Shown: piece by piece, positions 25,933-34,967 of the stretch
Numbering within the stretch: position 1 is the stretch's first letter
Layout of the letters: every line of letters begins with the position of its first letter
Source of the DNA: an uncultured Spirochaetaceae bacterium
GTDB lineage: Bacteria; Spirochaetota; Spirochaetia; Sphaerochaetales; Sphaerochaetaceae
Reading direction: 5' to 3'
NCBI GenBank assembly: GCA_944389985.1
Contig: CALXON010000182.1
Coordinates: 1-41,430 of the forward strand
Length of the DNA stretch: 41,430 bases
Position numbers and translations under genes: made by a program
Notes under the pieces: model-generated
The model's database searches: none
What the model saw: only the letters and a program-made list of their open reading frames with translations
What the model was told of the DNA's origin: nothing

Positions 25933-27375
25933 GTAGAGATCCATGATCCTCATTTCACGTTCGTACTTCTCCAGATCGGCTTCCTCCTCGGCTATGAAGA
26001 CGACATTCTTCTCAGCTGAGGGTCGGACCGATATGAGGTTGTCAGAGAAGACACCCCTGATGTTTCCAGAATCGATCATCACATAGAATGCGGGTTTCTC
26101 CGCCGTGAGCTTTATTGATATGGACCGGGGGCCTGTCTTCGTACATACGGATCTGATGTGCGGATCCTGAAGCTTCACCCTGGAAGGAGTATCGAGAAGG
26201 ATGTTCCTTTCCCTTAGAAGGCTCTTTGTCGAAAGCTTCGCGTAACAGAAGTACTCATCACGCATTATCCTTCCGAGCTCTATCTCATCGAAGAGTCTCG
26301 CTTCCATCGGCTGGAGTGTCGCGGAATACTCCCTCGCGTCCTTCTTGCTTCCGTGGAAATCCCTCAGCTTGACGGAAAGCTCGATCTTCTCCTCCCTGCT
26401 GCTGTCGTTCACGGCATAGATCATGAGTCTTGTTCCCTCTATCACGAGAAGGGGACAGAGAGGCGCATAAAGAAGTCTTGTCGCATAGTGGAGTATCTTC
26501 CAGCTGCCGTCGGGAGAGAGCGATGCCTCTGATATCGGTCTGCCATCACGGAGGATTGCGGTAGCCGCTCCCTTTGTCTCCTCCGGTCTTATCCTTCTGA
26601 GTGATACCGCGTCTATGGCATCGAATGCTGATTTGAGCTGGGTGAGATAGACCAGCCTGTCAAAGGTGGCCGGGCGTCTGAAGAGTTTCCCGAGACCGAG
26701 GATTATGTTCCTCCTGCTTCCCGGTTCTGACAGAAGTGCCTCCGTCTCCTTTCTCTCATCATCGCTTCTGTAGAGATGACATGACTGCAGGGATGGTGAA
26801 ACCGCCGGATGCTCAAGCTCAATTCCGGTTCCGACTGCGGATGGATGGGATGGATCCTCCTTTCCGCCGAGGATGATGATACCGGCATGATCCGCGGCTC
26901 TGTAGAGCTCTTCTGACGGATTTTCCGAGATGAGCGCGTTGATGTTCGCGTCAGCAGCGCTTCTCACAGTCCTTTCTGTATCCCCGGAATCCTTCCAGTA
27001 TGCAGCCTTGATGTATATTCCAGTTCCGTTTATGCAGAGCTGACCATTCTTCCATTCTACTTTCCTGAAACCGATGACAGCATTGCCTGTCCAGTCCCCG
27101 ATTCTCATGGAACAGGGATAGACATGGGGGTATCCGTAACCTTTCGGGTACCACAGTTCCGCTTTCTCTTCTGAGACCTCTATGGACAGCACCTGCTTTC
27201 CTTTCTCAAGCCTGACAGTCTCTGTCGTACATGCGCCATGGATCTCACCAGTTACAGTATATTCAGCATCCTTATCTGTCTCTATGACAGCTTCCATCCT
27301 CACAGTCCATCTGCCGTCTTTCTCGTACGGCAGAGCCCTGAATGATGATACTTTCATGGAATTATCGTCCGTCAT
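25918..27375 (-). CDS. GH2 beta-mannosidase-like protein, shortened and probably non-catalytic
   Basis: Start placed at the ATG at 27375 (GGAGGAACG upstream). Family-like blocks LWYPKGYGYPHVY, IGFRKVEW..NG..IYIKAAYW and FSDNLISVRP. The region where the TIM barrel belongs is much too short. See findings. Confidence 0.55.
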   Translation of the reverse strand: MTDDNSMKVSSFRALPYEKDGRWTVRMEAVIETDKDAEYTVTGEIHGACTTETVRLEKGKQVLSIEVSEEKAELWYPKGYGYPHVYPCSMRIGDWTGNAVIGFRKVEWKNGQLCINGTGIYIKAAYWKDSGDTERTVRSAADANINALISENPSEELYRAADHAGIIILGGKEDPSHPSAVGTGIELEHPAVSPSLQSCHLYRSDDERKETEALLSEPGSRRNIILGLGKLFRRPATFDRLVYLTQLKSAFDAIDAVSLRRIRPEETKGAATAILRDGRPISEASLSPDGSWKILHYATRLLYAPLCPLLVIEGTRLMIYAVNDSSREEKIELSVKLRDFHGSKKDAREYSATLQPMEARLFDEIELGRIMRDEYFCYAKLSTKSLLRERNILLDTPSRVKLQDPHIRSVCTKTGPRSISIKLTAEKPAFYVMIDSGNIRGVFSDNLISVRPSAEKNVVFIAEEEADLEKYEREMRIMDLYSAMS

Positions 27376-27441
27376 CGTTCCTCCGGCGTTCTTGTTGATT
27401 ATATCATAGGATGAGACGGCCGGATGTGCTAACATTATTCC

Positions 27442-29352
27442 ATGCGTGACGGATTTGTTAAGGTTGCCGCAGCCTCTCCTGTCTTGAGACCGGCAGATGC
27501 TGCTTTCAATGCGGATGGTATCATCGATCTTGCCAGAAAGGCGTATGATGACGGAGCTCTGATAATAGTTTTCCCCGAGCTCTCTGTCCCGGGCTATACA
27601 GCTGCTGATCTCTTTTTCCAGCACTCCCTTCTTGAAAGCTGTGAGAGGGCTGTTGAGAGAATCCTTGAGTCCACAGCGGATATGGATGCTGTCATCTTCG
27701 TCGGTTTCCCGTACAGCAGGAACGGAAAGCTGTACAACACCGCGCTTGCGCTCTACAGGGGAAAGGTCATGGCGATCATCCCCAAGAAGAACATACCGAT
27801 GTACGGCGAGTTCTATGAGGGAAGGTGGTTCACCCCGGCCCCTGAAAGGAATGAGACCGTGAGGTTCCTCGGAGAGGATGTCCCGTTCGGGAGGTTCACG
27901 ATCCTCCGTTTCTCATCTCCTTCCACGCTCCTTGCCGGGGCTGAGATCTGTGAGGATCTCTGGGTTCCTGACAGTCCTTCGGTGGAGCTTGCGAAGGGCG
28001 GGGCCATCGTCATAGTCAACCTCTCAGCCTCCGATGAGGTCATCGGAAAGGAGGAGTACAGGAAGAACCTTGTCTCCATGCAGGCCGCACGCCTTCTTTC
28101 AGGGTATGTCTACGCGGATGCATCCTGGGGTGAGAGCACTACCGACATGGTCTTCACCGGGAGCAACATAATCGCAGAGAACGGAACAATACTCGCTTCT
28201 TCCACATTTGCTGAGGGAACGTACATCATCTCTGAAATCGATACTGCAAGACTTTCTGCAGAGCGTATGAGAATGAACACCTTCTCATCATCGGCAGAAG
28301 GTTTTGAATATGTGGAGATTCCGAACACTGAAAGGGAGTGCACACTGACACGTCGCATAGCAAGATACCCGTTCGTTCCGGATGATGACAGGGAGAGGAA
28401 TGAGAGATGCAGCCGGATACTCAGACTTCAGGCAACCGGACTGATGAGAAGGATTGAGGCATCACATTCGAGGAAGGTAGTGATAGGACTTTCCGGAGGG
28501 CTTGACTCGACACTTGCCATTCTCGTGGCAGTCAATGCGTTCAGGATGATGAAGCGGTCTCCTGATGACATCATAGCGGTGACAATGCCGTGCTTCGGAA
28601 CGACAAAGAGGACGAAGAGCAATGCCGAGAAGCTTGCCAGAGCCCTCGGTACTGACTTCAGGAGCATAGATATAAAGAAGAGCGTGCTCTCACACTTCAG
28701 GGACATAGGGCAGAGCGCCGATGATCTCTCGGTCACATATGAGAATGCCCAGGCAAGGGAAAGGACCCAGGTACTGATGGACATAGCCAACAAGGAAGGC
28801 GGCATGGTGATCGGAACGGGAGACCTTTCAGAGCTTGCTCTCGGATGGGCCACATACAATGGTGACCACATGAGCATGTACGGAGTCAATTCCTCGATAC
28901 CGAAAACCCTTGTGCGCTATCTTGTGCGTTATGTCGCGGATACAGCCACAGACGGCTCCTCTCCGGTCCTCTATGACATACTCGCGACTCCGGTCTCTCC
29001 GGAGCTGCTGCCTGCGAAGGACGGGGTGATCTCCCAGATAACAGAGGACATTGTCGGACCGTATGAGCTTCATGATTTCTTCCTCTACTATCTCGTGCGT
29101 TTCGGATTCTCTCCGAGGAAGATATACCGTCTTGCCCGCATCGCGTTCAGCGGGGTTTATGATAATGCCGTCATAAAGAAGTGGCTTGTCACATTCATCC
29201 GCCGCTTCTTCTCCCAGCAGTTCAAGAGAAGCTGTCTGCCGGACGGCCCGAAGGTCGGTACGGTCACGCTCTCCCCGCGTTCTGACTGGAGGATGCCTTC
29301 CGATGCATCCGCATCCGCATGGCTTGAGGAAGCGGAGGACTTACCGCTGTAG
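27442..29352 (+). CDS. nadE: glutamine-dependent NAD+ synthetase
   Basis: 636 aa. N-terminal CN-hydrolase domain (FPELSVPGY, AEICEDLW) and C-terminal PP-loop synthetase domain (GLSGGLDST). Confidence 0.9.
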   Translation: MRDGFVKVAAASPVLRPADAAFNADGIIDLARKAYDDGALIIVFPELSVPGYTAADLFFQHSLLESCERAVERILESTADMDAVIFVGFPYSRNGKLYNTALALYRGKVMAIIPKKNIPMYGEFYEGRWFTPAPERNETVRFLGEDVPFGRFTILRFSSPSTLLAGAEICEDLWVPDSPSVELAKGGAIVIVNLSASDEVIGKEEYRKNLVSMQAARLLSGYVYADASWGESTTDMVFTGSNIIAENGTILASSTFAEGTYIISEIDTARLSAERMRMNTFSSSAEGFEYVEIPNTERECTLTRRIARYPFVPDDDRERNERCSRILRLQATGLMRRIEASHSRKVVIGLSGGLDSTLAILVAVNAFRMMKRSPDDIIAVTMPCFGTTKRTKSNAEKLARALGTDFRSIDIKKSVLSHFRDIGQSADDLSVTYENAQARERTQVLMDIANKEGGMVIGTGDLSELALGWATYNGDHMSMYGVNSSIPKTLVRYLVRYVADTATDGSSPVLYDILATPVSPELLPAKDGVISQITEDIVGPYELHDFFLYYLVRFGFSPRKIYRLARIAFSGVYDNAVIKKWLVTFIRRFFSQQFKRSCLPDGPKVGTVTLSPRSDWRMPSDASASAWLEEAEDLPL

Positions 29353-29375
29353 CACTTTTGGTATATGATTGCTCT

Positions 29376-29735
29376 ATGGCTATTCGCAGATACATCAGTG
29401 GATTCATAGGACTTCTCTTCCTGTCTGTGGCGGTGTTCTTCATAATATATTTCTTCGTGCCGGAGGTATCGATGAAGTTCTTCGGCATGGCTTTCGATCA
29501 GGAGAAGGCCATTGAGACCGCCATTGATCGTCTTGATGTGTCAGAGGAGGCCAAGAGAATGCTCTCCGATTCATCAGGAGAGCTTGCCTCCTTCTTCAGT
29601 GAGAACGCCGATGAGCTCTGGGCCTTCATGAACTCTGATGAGGGAAGGGCCGCTATTGAGAGTGCCGCGAGGACTGCCAGAGATGGTACGCTGTCCTTTG
29701 CTGAGGCGCTTTCAGACCGGATCGGGGAGGAGTGA
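29376..29735 (+). CDS. small membrane-anchored hypothetical protein
   Basis: One N-terminal TM segment (ISGFIGLLFLSVAVFFIIYFFV), then an acidic helical part. The stop overlaps the next gene's start (TGATG). The start is uncertain (TTG 29358 or ATG 29376). Confidence 0.5.
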   Translation: MAIRRYISGFIGLLFLSVAVFFIIYFFVPEVSMKFFGMAFDQEKAIETAIDRLDVSEEAKRMLSDSSGELASFFSENADELWAFMNSDEGRAAIESAARTARDGTLSFAEALSDRIGEE

Positions 29736-30502
29736 TGAAGGTCACATTCCTCGGAACGGGAACAAGTCATGGGGTTCCGGTCATAGGCTGCAGCTGTCCT
29801 GTCTGCACATCCACAGATCCACATGACAACCGGATGCGATCATCAATCCTGATCGAGAAGGGCGATTCAGCTGTTGTCATCGATACCGGATGTGAGTTCA
29901 GGATGCAGGCGCTGAGGGCCGGGATAAAGCATCTTGATGCTGTTCTGTATACCCATGCCCATGCTGATCATCTGATGGGGCTTGATGATCTGAGGGTGTT
30001 CTCAAAGAATGAAAGGTTCCCGGTCTATGGCTTTACCTCCACCCTTGATGCTGTAAGGAAGATCTTCCCATATGCATTCAGGGAACTTCCGTACAAGGGA
30101 GCTCCAAGGCTTGAGGCTGTCACCGTGGAGGACGGAGAGATATTCACTGCAGGGACAATTGAATTCCAGGCGATTCCGCTGATGCACGGTCTGATGAGGA
30201 TAGCGGGGTACAGATTCGGGAGAACTGCCTATCTCACCGATGTCTCTGACATTCTCTGGAATGAGAACAGAGAGAGGCTTGAAGGGGTGAGAACCCTGAT
30301 CATAGGTGCTCTCCGGGACCGTCCGCACTGGAGCCATTTCACATTCAGTGAGGCTGTTGATGCTGCCAGGACGATCGGTGCAGAGAAGGTCTATTTCACA
30401 CATATAAATCATGAGACGGGCTACAGGGACATACAGGAGAGATTCGCTCCGTATGCGGAGAGTGCCTACGACGGGCTTGAGCTGGAGGTTGAGGATGAGT
30501 GA
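29735..30502 (+). CDS. MBL-fold metallo-hydrolase (PhnP-like)
   Basis: FLGTGTSHGVP and the HxHxDH motif THAHADH. SD GGAGGA. Confidence 0.8.
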   Translation: MKVTFLGTGTSHGVPVIGCSCPVCTSTDPHDNRMRSSILIEKGDSAVVIDTGCEFRMQALRAGIKHLDAVLYTHAHADHLMGLDDLRVFSKNERFPVYGFTSTLDAVRKIFPYAFRELPYKGAPRLEAVTVEDGEIFTAGTIEFQAIPLMHGLMRIAGYRFGRTAYLTDVSDILWNENRERLEGVRTLIIGALRDRPHWSHFTFSEAVDAARTIGAEKVYFTHINHETGYRDIQERFAPYAESAYDGLELEVEDE

Positions 30503-33209
30503 CGGAAAGGAAAGGAAGCTATATATAATCGACGGATACTCTGTCATATACAGGAACTATTTCGCGCATCTCTCGAATCCGCTTACATCACCTGACGGGG
30601 TGAACATAAGTGCCTATTTCGGCTTTTTCTCCACGCTTTTCGCCCTCATGGGATCTCATCAGCCGGATTACCTTGCTGTCGTCATGGATGAGAGGAAACC
30701 CACATTCCGGCATGAGATGTATCCGGAATACAAGGCCAACAGGGACAAGGCCCCGGAGGATCTTCATGCTCAGGTTCCTATGATCAGGACGACTCTTGAG
30801 AAGATGGGTGTTCCTGTCGTCTCCAGAGAGGGCTATGAGGCTGATGACATGATCGCATCCCTTGCTGCGATGGCAGGAAGACAGGGCATACATACCGTCA
30901 TGGTCACGGCAGACAAGGACCTCATGCAGCTTGTCTCCCCGATGGTCTCGGCACTGCGCCCTCCTCAGAAAGGTGGAAAGGAGTACAGGCTCTATGATGC
31001 GGAGGAGGTCAGGAAGGAGTACGGAGTACGCCCTGACCAGATCGTGGACTATCTTACGATCATAGGAGACAAAGCCGACAACATACCCGGTATAAAGGGA
31101 CTTGGTGAGAAGGGTGCTGTCAAGCTTCTCTCGGAGTACGAGACACTTGATGGAATATACCGCCACCTCGACATGCTTCCTGCAGGCATGAGAAAGAAAC
31201 TCGAGGAGGGACGCGGGGATGCGGAGCTGTCAAAGAAGCTCATCGTGCTCTGCTCAGATGCACTCCCTGATTCCTTCAGCTTCTCATCCATCGATTCCGA
31301 GGCCATAGACACATCGGCCGCAGCTCCTGATTTCGAGCGCTATGGCTGCCGTACGCTCCTGAAACGCATAAAGCAGGATGACAGGAGACCGTTTGTGGAG
31401 GATGGTGAGATTCCTGAGGAGAAGAAGGGTGTCTACAGCGCCATCACGGATATCACCAAGGTGAGGGAGCATTTTGAGAAAGCTGAGGAAAATGGTGGCC
31501 TGATAGCCCTTGATACGGAGACGACAGGGCTTGAGGAGAATGCCTCAATCGTCGGTTTCTCATTCTCGTATGAGGAGGGGATCGCGTACTACGTTCCACT
31601 CATCGCCGGAGGGGAGGAGTATGTACGGAAAGAGGAAGTGAGAGAGCTCTTTGATGAGTTTCTCGCCTCAGGCCGTCTTGCGGTGATAAACCAGAACGTC
31701 AAGTATGATCTCAAGACGATATGGAATCTGGGTTCGGATATAGCGCGGATTCATTTCGACACGATGATCGCTGCATGGCTTCTGGACTCCAATGCAAATG
31801 TATACAATCTTGATGAACTGTCATCACGGTACCTTGCACATCAGACGATTCACTATGAGGATGTCGTCGAGAAAGGAATGCCGTTCTCCTCTGTCCCCCT
31901 TGATAAAGCCACACGTTACGCCGCGGAGGACAGTGATATGGCATACAGGCTGTATCTCCTGCTTTCAGTGAAGCTTGAGGAGCGCTCACTTCTCGATGTG
32001 TTCAGGACGTATGAGCTTCCTCTGATAAGAATACTTGCAGAGATGGAGAGATGCGGAATACATCTTTCTTCCCAGCGCATCGATTCACTCAGCAGGGAGT
32101 GCGGTGAACGTATAGAGAGCCTTGTCAGCGAGATCTACAGGATGGCAAGGCACGAGTTCAACATAAACAGTACAAGACAGCTTTCGAAGGTGCTTTTCGA
32201 GGAGCTGCAACTCCCTGCGGGCAAGAAGACCCAGTACGGTTATTCAACGGATACCGCGACACTTGAAGGGCTCAGAGGAGTGGGTGGCCGTCTTATCGAG
32301 TGCATCCTTGAGTACAGACAGCTTTCAAAGCTCATGAGCACTTACATTGATGTTCTTCCTTCCCTTGCGGATGAGAGAGGACGGATCCATACCTCGTTCC
32401 TGCAGACGGGAACCGCTACAGGGCGTCTTTCGTCAAGGAATCCGAACCTGCAGAATATTCCTGTAAGGACCGATGAGGGAAGGATGATCAGAAGCGCGTT
32501 CACTCCGGAGGAGGGAACAGTGTTCCTCTCAGCCGATTACTCACAGATCGAGCTGGTGGTCCTTGCTCATATGAGTGGGGATGAGGGGCTCAGGAGCGCT
32601 TTCAGAAATGGTATAGACGTACACAGGTACACGGCATCCATGATCTTCTCAAAGCCTGTCGATGAGATTGATTCCAGGGAGAGACGGATAGCCAAGACGA
32701 TAAACTTCGGCATCATGTACGGTATGTCGGCATTCAGGCTTTCCAATGAGCTCGGGATATCGAGAGGGGAGGCTTCTGACTTTATAAAGAAGTACTTTGA
32801 GAGGTATTCCGGTGTGAGGGAGTTCGTTGACAAGGTCAATGCATATGCCTCGGAACACGGATATGTCAGGACAGCTTCAGGTCATGTCAGGGAGGTTCTG
32901 GGAATAAACAGCTCGAACAAGGTCGAGAAAGCCGGAGCCGAGCGTGTCGCTGTGAATACAGTGATACAGGGAACGGCAGCTGAGATCATGAAGAAGGCCA
33001 TGATAGCCATTGCCGGAGCCATAAAGGAGAAGAATCTTGAGTCAAGGATGCTCCTTCAGGTCCATGATGAGCTCATATTCGAGGTTCCTGAGAATGAGAA
33101 GGATGAGATGGAGGCTCTTGTGAGACGGGAGATGGAGGGAGCCGCGTCGCTTTCCGTTCCGCTTCATGTCTCGATCGAGTTCGGATCATCCTGGGGGGAT
33201 ATGCACTGA
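30495..33209 (+). CDS. polA: DNA polymerase I
   Basis: Start at the ATG at 30495 (MSDGKERKLYIIDGYSVIYRNYFA, SD GGAGG). 3'-5' exo motif ALDTETTGL. Pol motifs DYSQIELVVLAH, RRIAKTINFGIMYG and QVHDELIFE. The track ORF start at 30411 is an upstream extension. Confidence 0.95.
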   Translation: MSDGKERKLYIIDGYSVIYRNYFAHLSNPLTSPDGVNISAYFGFFSTLFALMGSHQPDYLAVVMDERKPTFRHEMYPEYKANRDKAPEDLHAQVPMIRTTLEKMGVPVVSREGYEADDMIASLAAMAGRQGIHTVMVTADKDLMQLVSPMVSALRPPQKGGKEYRLYDAEEVRKEYGVRPDQIVDYLTIIGDKADNIPGIKGLGEKGAVKLLSEYETLDGIYRHLDMLPAGMRKKLEEGRGDAELSKKLIVLCSDALPDSFSFSSIDSEAIDTSAAAPDFERYGCRTLLKRIKQDDRRPFVEDGEIPEEKKGVYSAITDITKVREHFEKAEENGGLIALDTETTGLEENASIVGFSFSYEEGIAYYVPLIAGGEEYVRKEEVRELFDEFLASGRLAVINQNVKYDLKTIWNLGSDIARIHFDTMIAAWLLDSNANVYNLDELSSRYLAHQTIHYEDVVEKGMPFSSVPLDKATRYAAEDSDMAYRLYLLLSVKLEERSLLDVFRTYELPLIRILAEMERCGIHLSSQRIDSLSRECGERIESLVSEIYRMARHEFNINSTRQLSKVLFEELQLPAGKKTQYGYSTDTATLEGLRGVGGRLIECILEYRQLSKLMSTYIDVLPSLADERGRIHTSFLQTGTATGRLSSRNPNLQNIPVRTDEGRMIRSAFTPEEGTVFLSADYSQIELVVLAHMSGDEGLRSAFRNGIDVHRYTASMIFSKPVDEIDSRERRIAKTINFGIMYGMSAFRLSNELGISRGEASDFIKKYFERYSGVREFVDKVNAYASEHGYVRTASGHVREVLGINSSNKVEKAGAERVAVNTVIQGTAAEIMKKAMIAIAGAIKEKNLESRMLLQVHDELIFEVPENEKDEMEALVRREMEGAASLSVPLHVSIEFGSSWGDMH

Positions 33210-33790
33210 TGATCGTGGGTCTTACCGGAAAGTCATGCGCGGGAAAGGATCTCTTCGCATCATTCCTGCCTGCTGACAGGTTCTCTGTCATAGATGTCGA
33301 TGCGCTCGGACATGATGCTCTCCTGATGAACAGGGACAGGCTTGTGGAGGCGTTCGGACCGTCCGTCAGAGGCTCCGACGGAAACATAGACCGTAAGGTT
33401 CTCGGCCCAATCGTCTTTTCCGATCCCGGAAAGCTTGAAAAGCTCAACTCAATCACCCATCCCTGGATGGTCAGGGAAGCCCTGTCCAGAGCTGAGAGCG
33501 CGGAGAAGGAAGGCCTCATAGCCGTGATAAACGCTGCGATTCTTGAGCGCATGGGTTTTGTGGAGCACTGCGATGCTGTCATCCTCGTCATCGCACCATA
33601 TGAGAAACGGCTTGAGAGAGCTCTCATGAGGGACGGCCTTACCGAAGAGGCGTTCAAAGCGCGCTCAGATGCCCAGAAGGATATAGGTGAGAGCCTCTTC
33701 TCATCAGGAAAGAGGGTCATAACGATAGTCAACGACAAAGATGACGGGGAACTGAGAAGACAGGCTGAGTTCCTTTCAGCCTCTCTGTAG
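33209..33790 (+). CDS. coaE: dephospho-CoA kinase
   Basis: 193 aa. MIVGLTGKSCAGKD P-loop. TGATG overlap with polA, and polA-coaE is a common gene pair. Confidence 0.85.
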   Translation: MIVGLTGKSCAGKDLFASFLPADRFSVIDVDALGHDALLMNRDRLVEAFGPSVRGSDGNIDRKVLGPIVFSDPGKLEKLNSITHPWMVREALSRAESAEKEGLIAVINAAILERMGFVEHCDAVILVIAPYEKRLERALMRDGLTEEAFKARSDAQKDIGESLFSSGKRVITIVNDKDDGELRRQAEFLSASL

Positions 33791-33829
33791 TATAATTTGA
33801 GAAGGAAAGGGATTTTGTTCCTTTCCTGA

Positions 33830-33880
33830 TATCAATGTTACGGGCCATGGTTTAGCCTGTGCGGCCATGGCCTTTCAGCT
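33830..33880 (+). repeat. conserved box + stem-loop element, copy B
   Basis: TATCAATGTT (33830-33839). Stem GGGCCATGGT (33842-33851) pairs with GCCATGGCCT (33864-33873). Loop TTAGCCTGTGCG (33852-33863), identical to copy A. Confidence 0.8.
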
Positions 33881-33938
33881 TAGTCTTTTCTCGACAAGTC
33901 TGTATCTGCTGTGTTATTCTTTTCAAAGAGGCGGAACA

Positions 33939-34967
33939 ATGGGCAGGAAAACTAGGATCGTATTGCTTTCGGTTACCACAGTTCTTGCGGTAGTGACATT
34001 CATAGCTATGCTCGCGGTGAGACCGGGAACTGAAAGTCAGGTTCTTGAGGCTGCAAGGGAAAGGCAGCAGGAACCTCTTCTGTCCGTTTCCGAACCGCTT
34101 GAGACAGACGTGAAGACTCTGTCGGATGAGGAGCGTATGGCTGAGAAGGTCAGAGAGCTTCTTCTCTCTGATGAGGCTTTCATAGCGTCTCTCTCCTCTT
34201 CCATCGAATTCATTGTTCCTGAGTATGTGACTGAGTGGGTTGAGAGTGATGAGGCTGCGGCCATCCTTGATGATCTTCAGGAAAGAGGGGTTTCTGAGGC
34301 AGTCTCAAGAATAGTCACCGAGGAGAACATAAACGAGATCGCGGCCGTTGTCGCCTCGAAGCTCGGAACGGATGATGCAGGTGTCTACAAGGATGCGACT
34401 GACAGGGTAGTCTCGATCATCGCAGGTTCTCTTGTTATTCCTGAGCTTCAGAAAAAAGCTGTCGAGGAAGCGGTCAACGCCTTCTATGCTGACAACAGTG
34501 ACAGGATAGCCTCCGATGTCATCAGAACTGCAGTCGAGGAGTACAGTGCGCTCACGGCAGAGGAGAAGACAGCGCTTCTTGATCTTGTGTCCATCTATGA
34601 CGAGAACCGTGAGGCCATCATCAATGACATCATCAGCATGCTCCCGGAGGATGAGGAGATTGACGCTGAAAAGATAGCAGCAGAGCTTTATGACAAGTAC
34701 AGGGATCAGGTGGCGGAGGATGTAATAGCATATTACATTGATCACTATGGTCTGCCTCAGCCGGCTGCAGAGGCTGAAGCTGAGGAGGAGACTCCTGCTG
34801 TTGAGACTGAGCCGAGTCCGACACTTCCTGCAAAGGAGGCGATCACCGCACCTGTGTTCTCATCTGAGCCGGCAGTCGCTCCGGGCGCTTCCCAGGAGGA
34901 TTACAACAGAGCCCGTGAGAGCATGAGGGCAAAGGAGCTTGAGCGCCTCTCCGCATTCATCAATTAA
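33939..34967 (+). CDS. membrane-anchored, highly acidic hypothetical protein
   Basis: Start preferred at MGRKTRIVLLSVTTVLAVVTFIAMLAV (a single TM segment). The rest is rich in E, A and D, with a PQPAAEAEAEEETPAVETEP linker. The track start at 33867 lies inside the hairpin of element copy B. Confidence 0.55.
   Translation: MGRKTRIVLLSVTTVLAVVTFIAMLAVRPGTESQVLEAARERQQEPLLSVSEPLETDVKTLSDEERMAEKVRELLLSDEAFIASLSSSIEFIVPEYVTEWVESDEAAAILDDLQERGVSEAVSRIVTEENINEIAAVVASKLGTDDAGVYKDATDRVVSIIAGSLVIPELQKKAVEEAVNAFYADNSDRIASDVIRTAVEEYSALTAEEKTALLDLVSIYDENREAIINDIISMLPEDEEIDAEKIAAELYDKYRDQVAEDVIAYYIDHYGLPQPAAEAEAEEETPAVETEPSPTLPAKEAITAPVFSSEPAVAPGASQEDYNRARESMRAKELERLSAFIN

Noticed and set aside
27376-27624. 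Upstream extension of the GH2-like ORF (track start 27624), overlapping the nadE start by about 180 nt
   Set aside because: The extension has no SD and encodes no family-like sequence. It would overlap the divergent nadE coding region. The ATG at 27375 has GGAGGA upstream, and the recognisable sequence begins there.
30411-30494. Extended starts of polA (30411), the Ldh2-family gene (24868), the 404-aa hypothetical (TTG 14700), the Smr gene (TTG 38059) and infA (GTG 39626)
   Set aside because: In each case an internal ATG preceded by a proper SD matches the expected N-terminus of the family, or a -10 box overlaps the upstream start. The longer forms are artefacts of calling the longest ORF.
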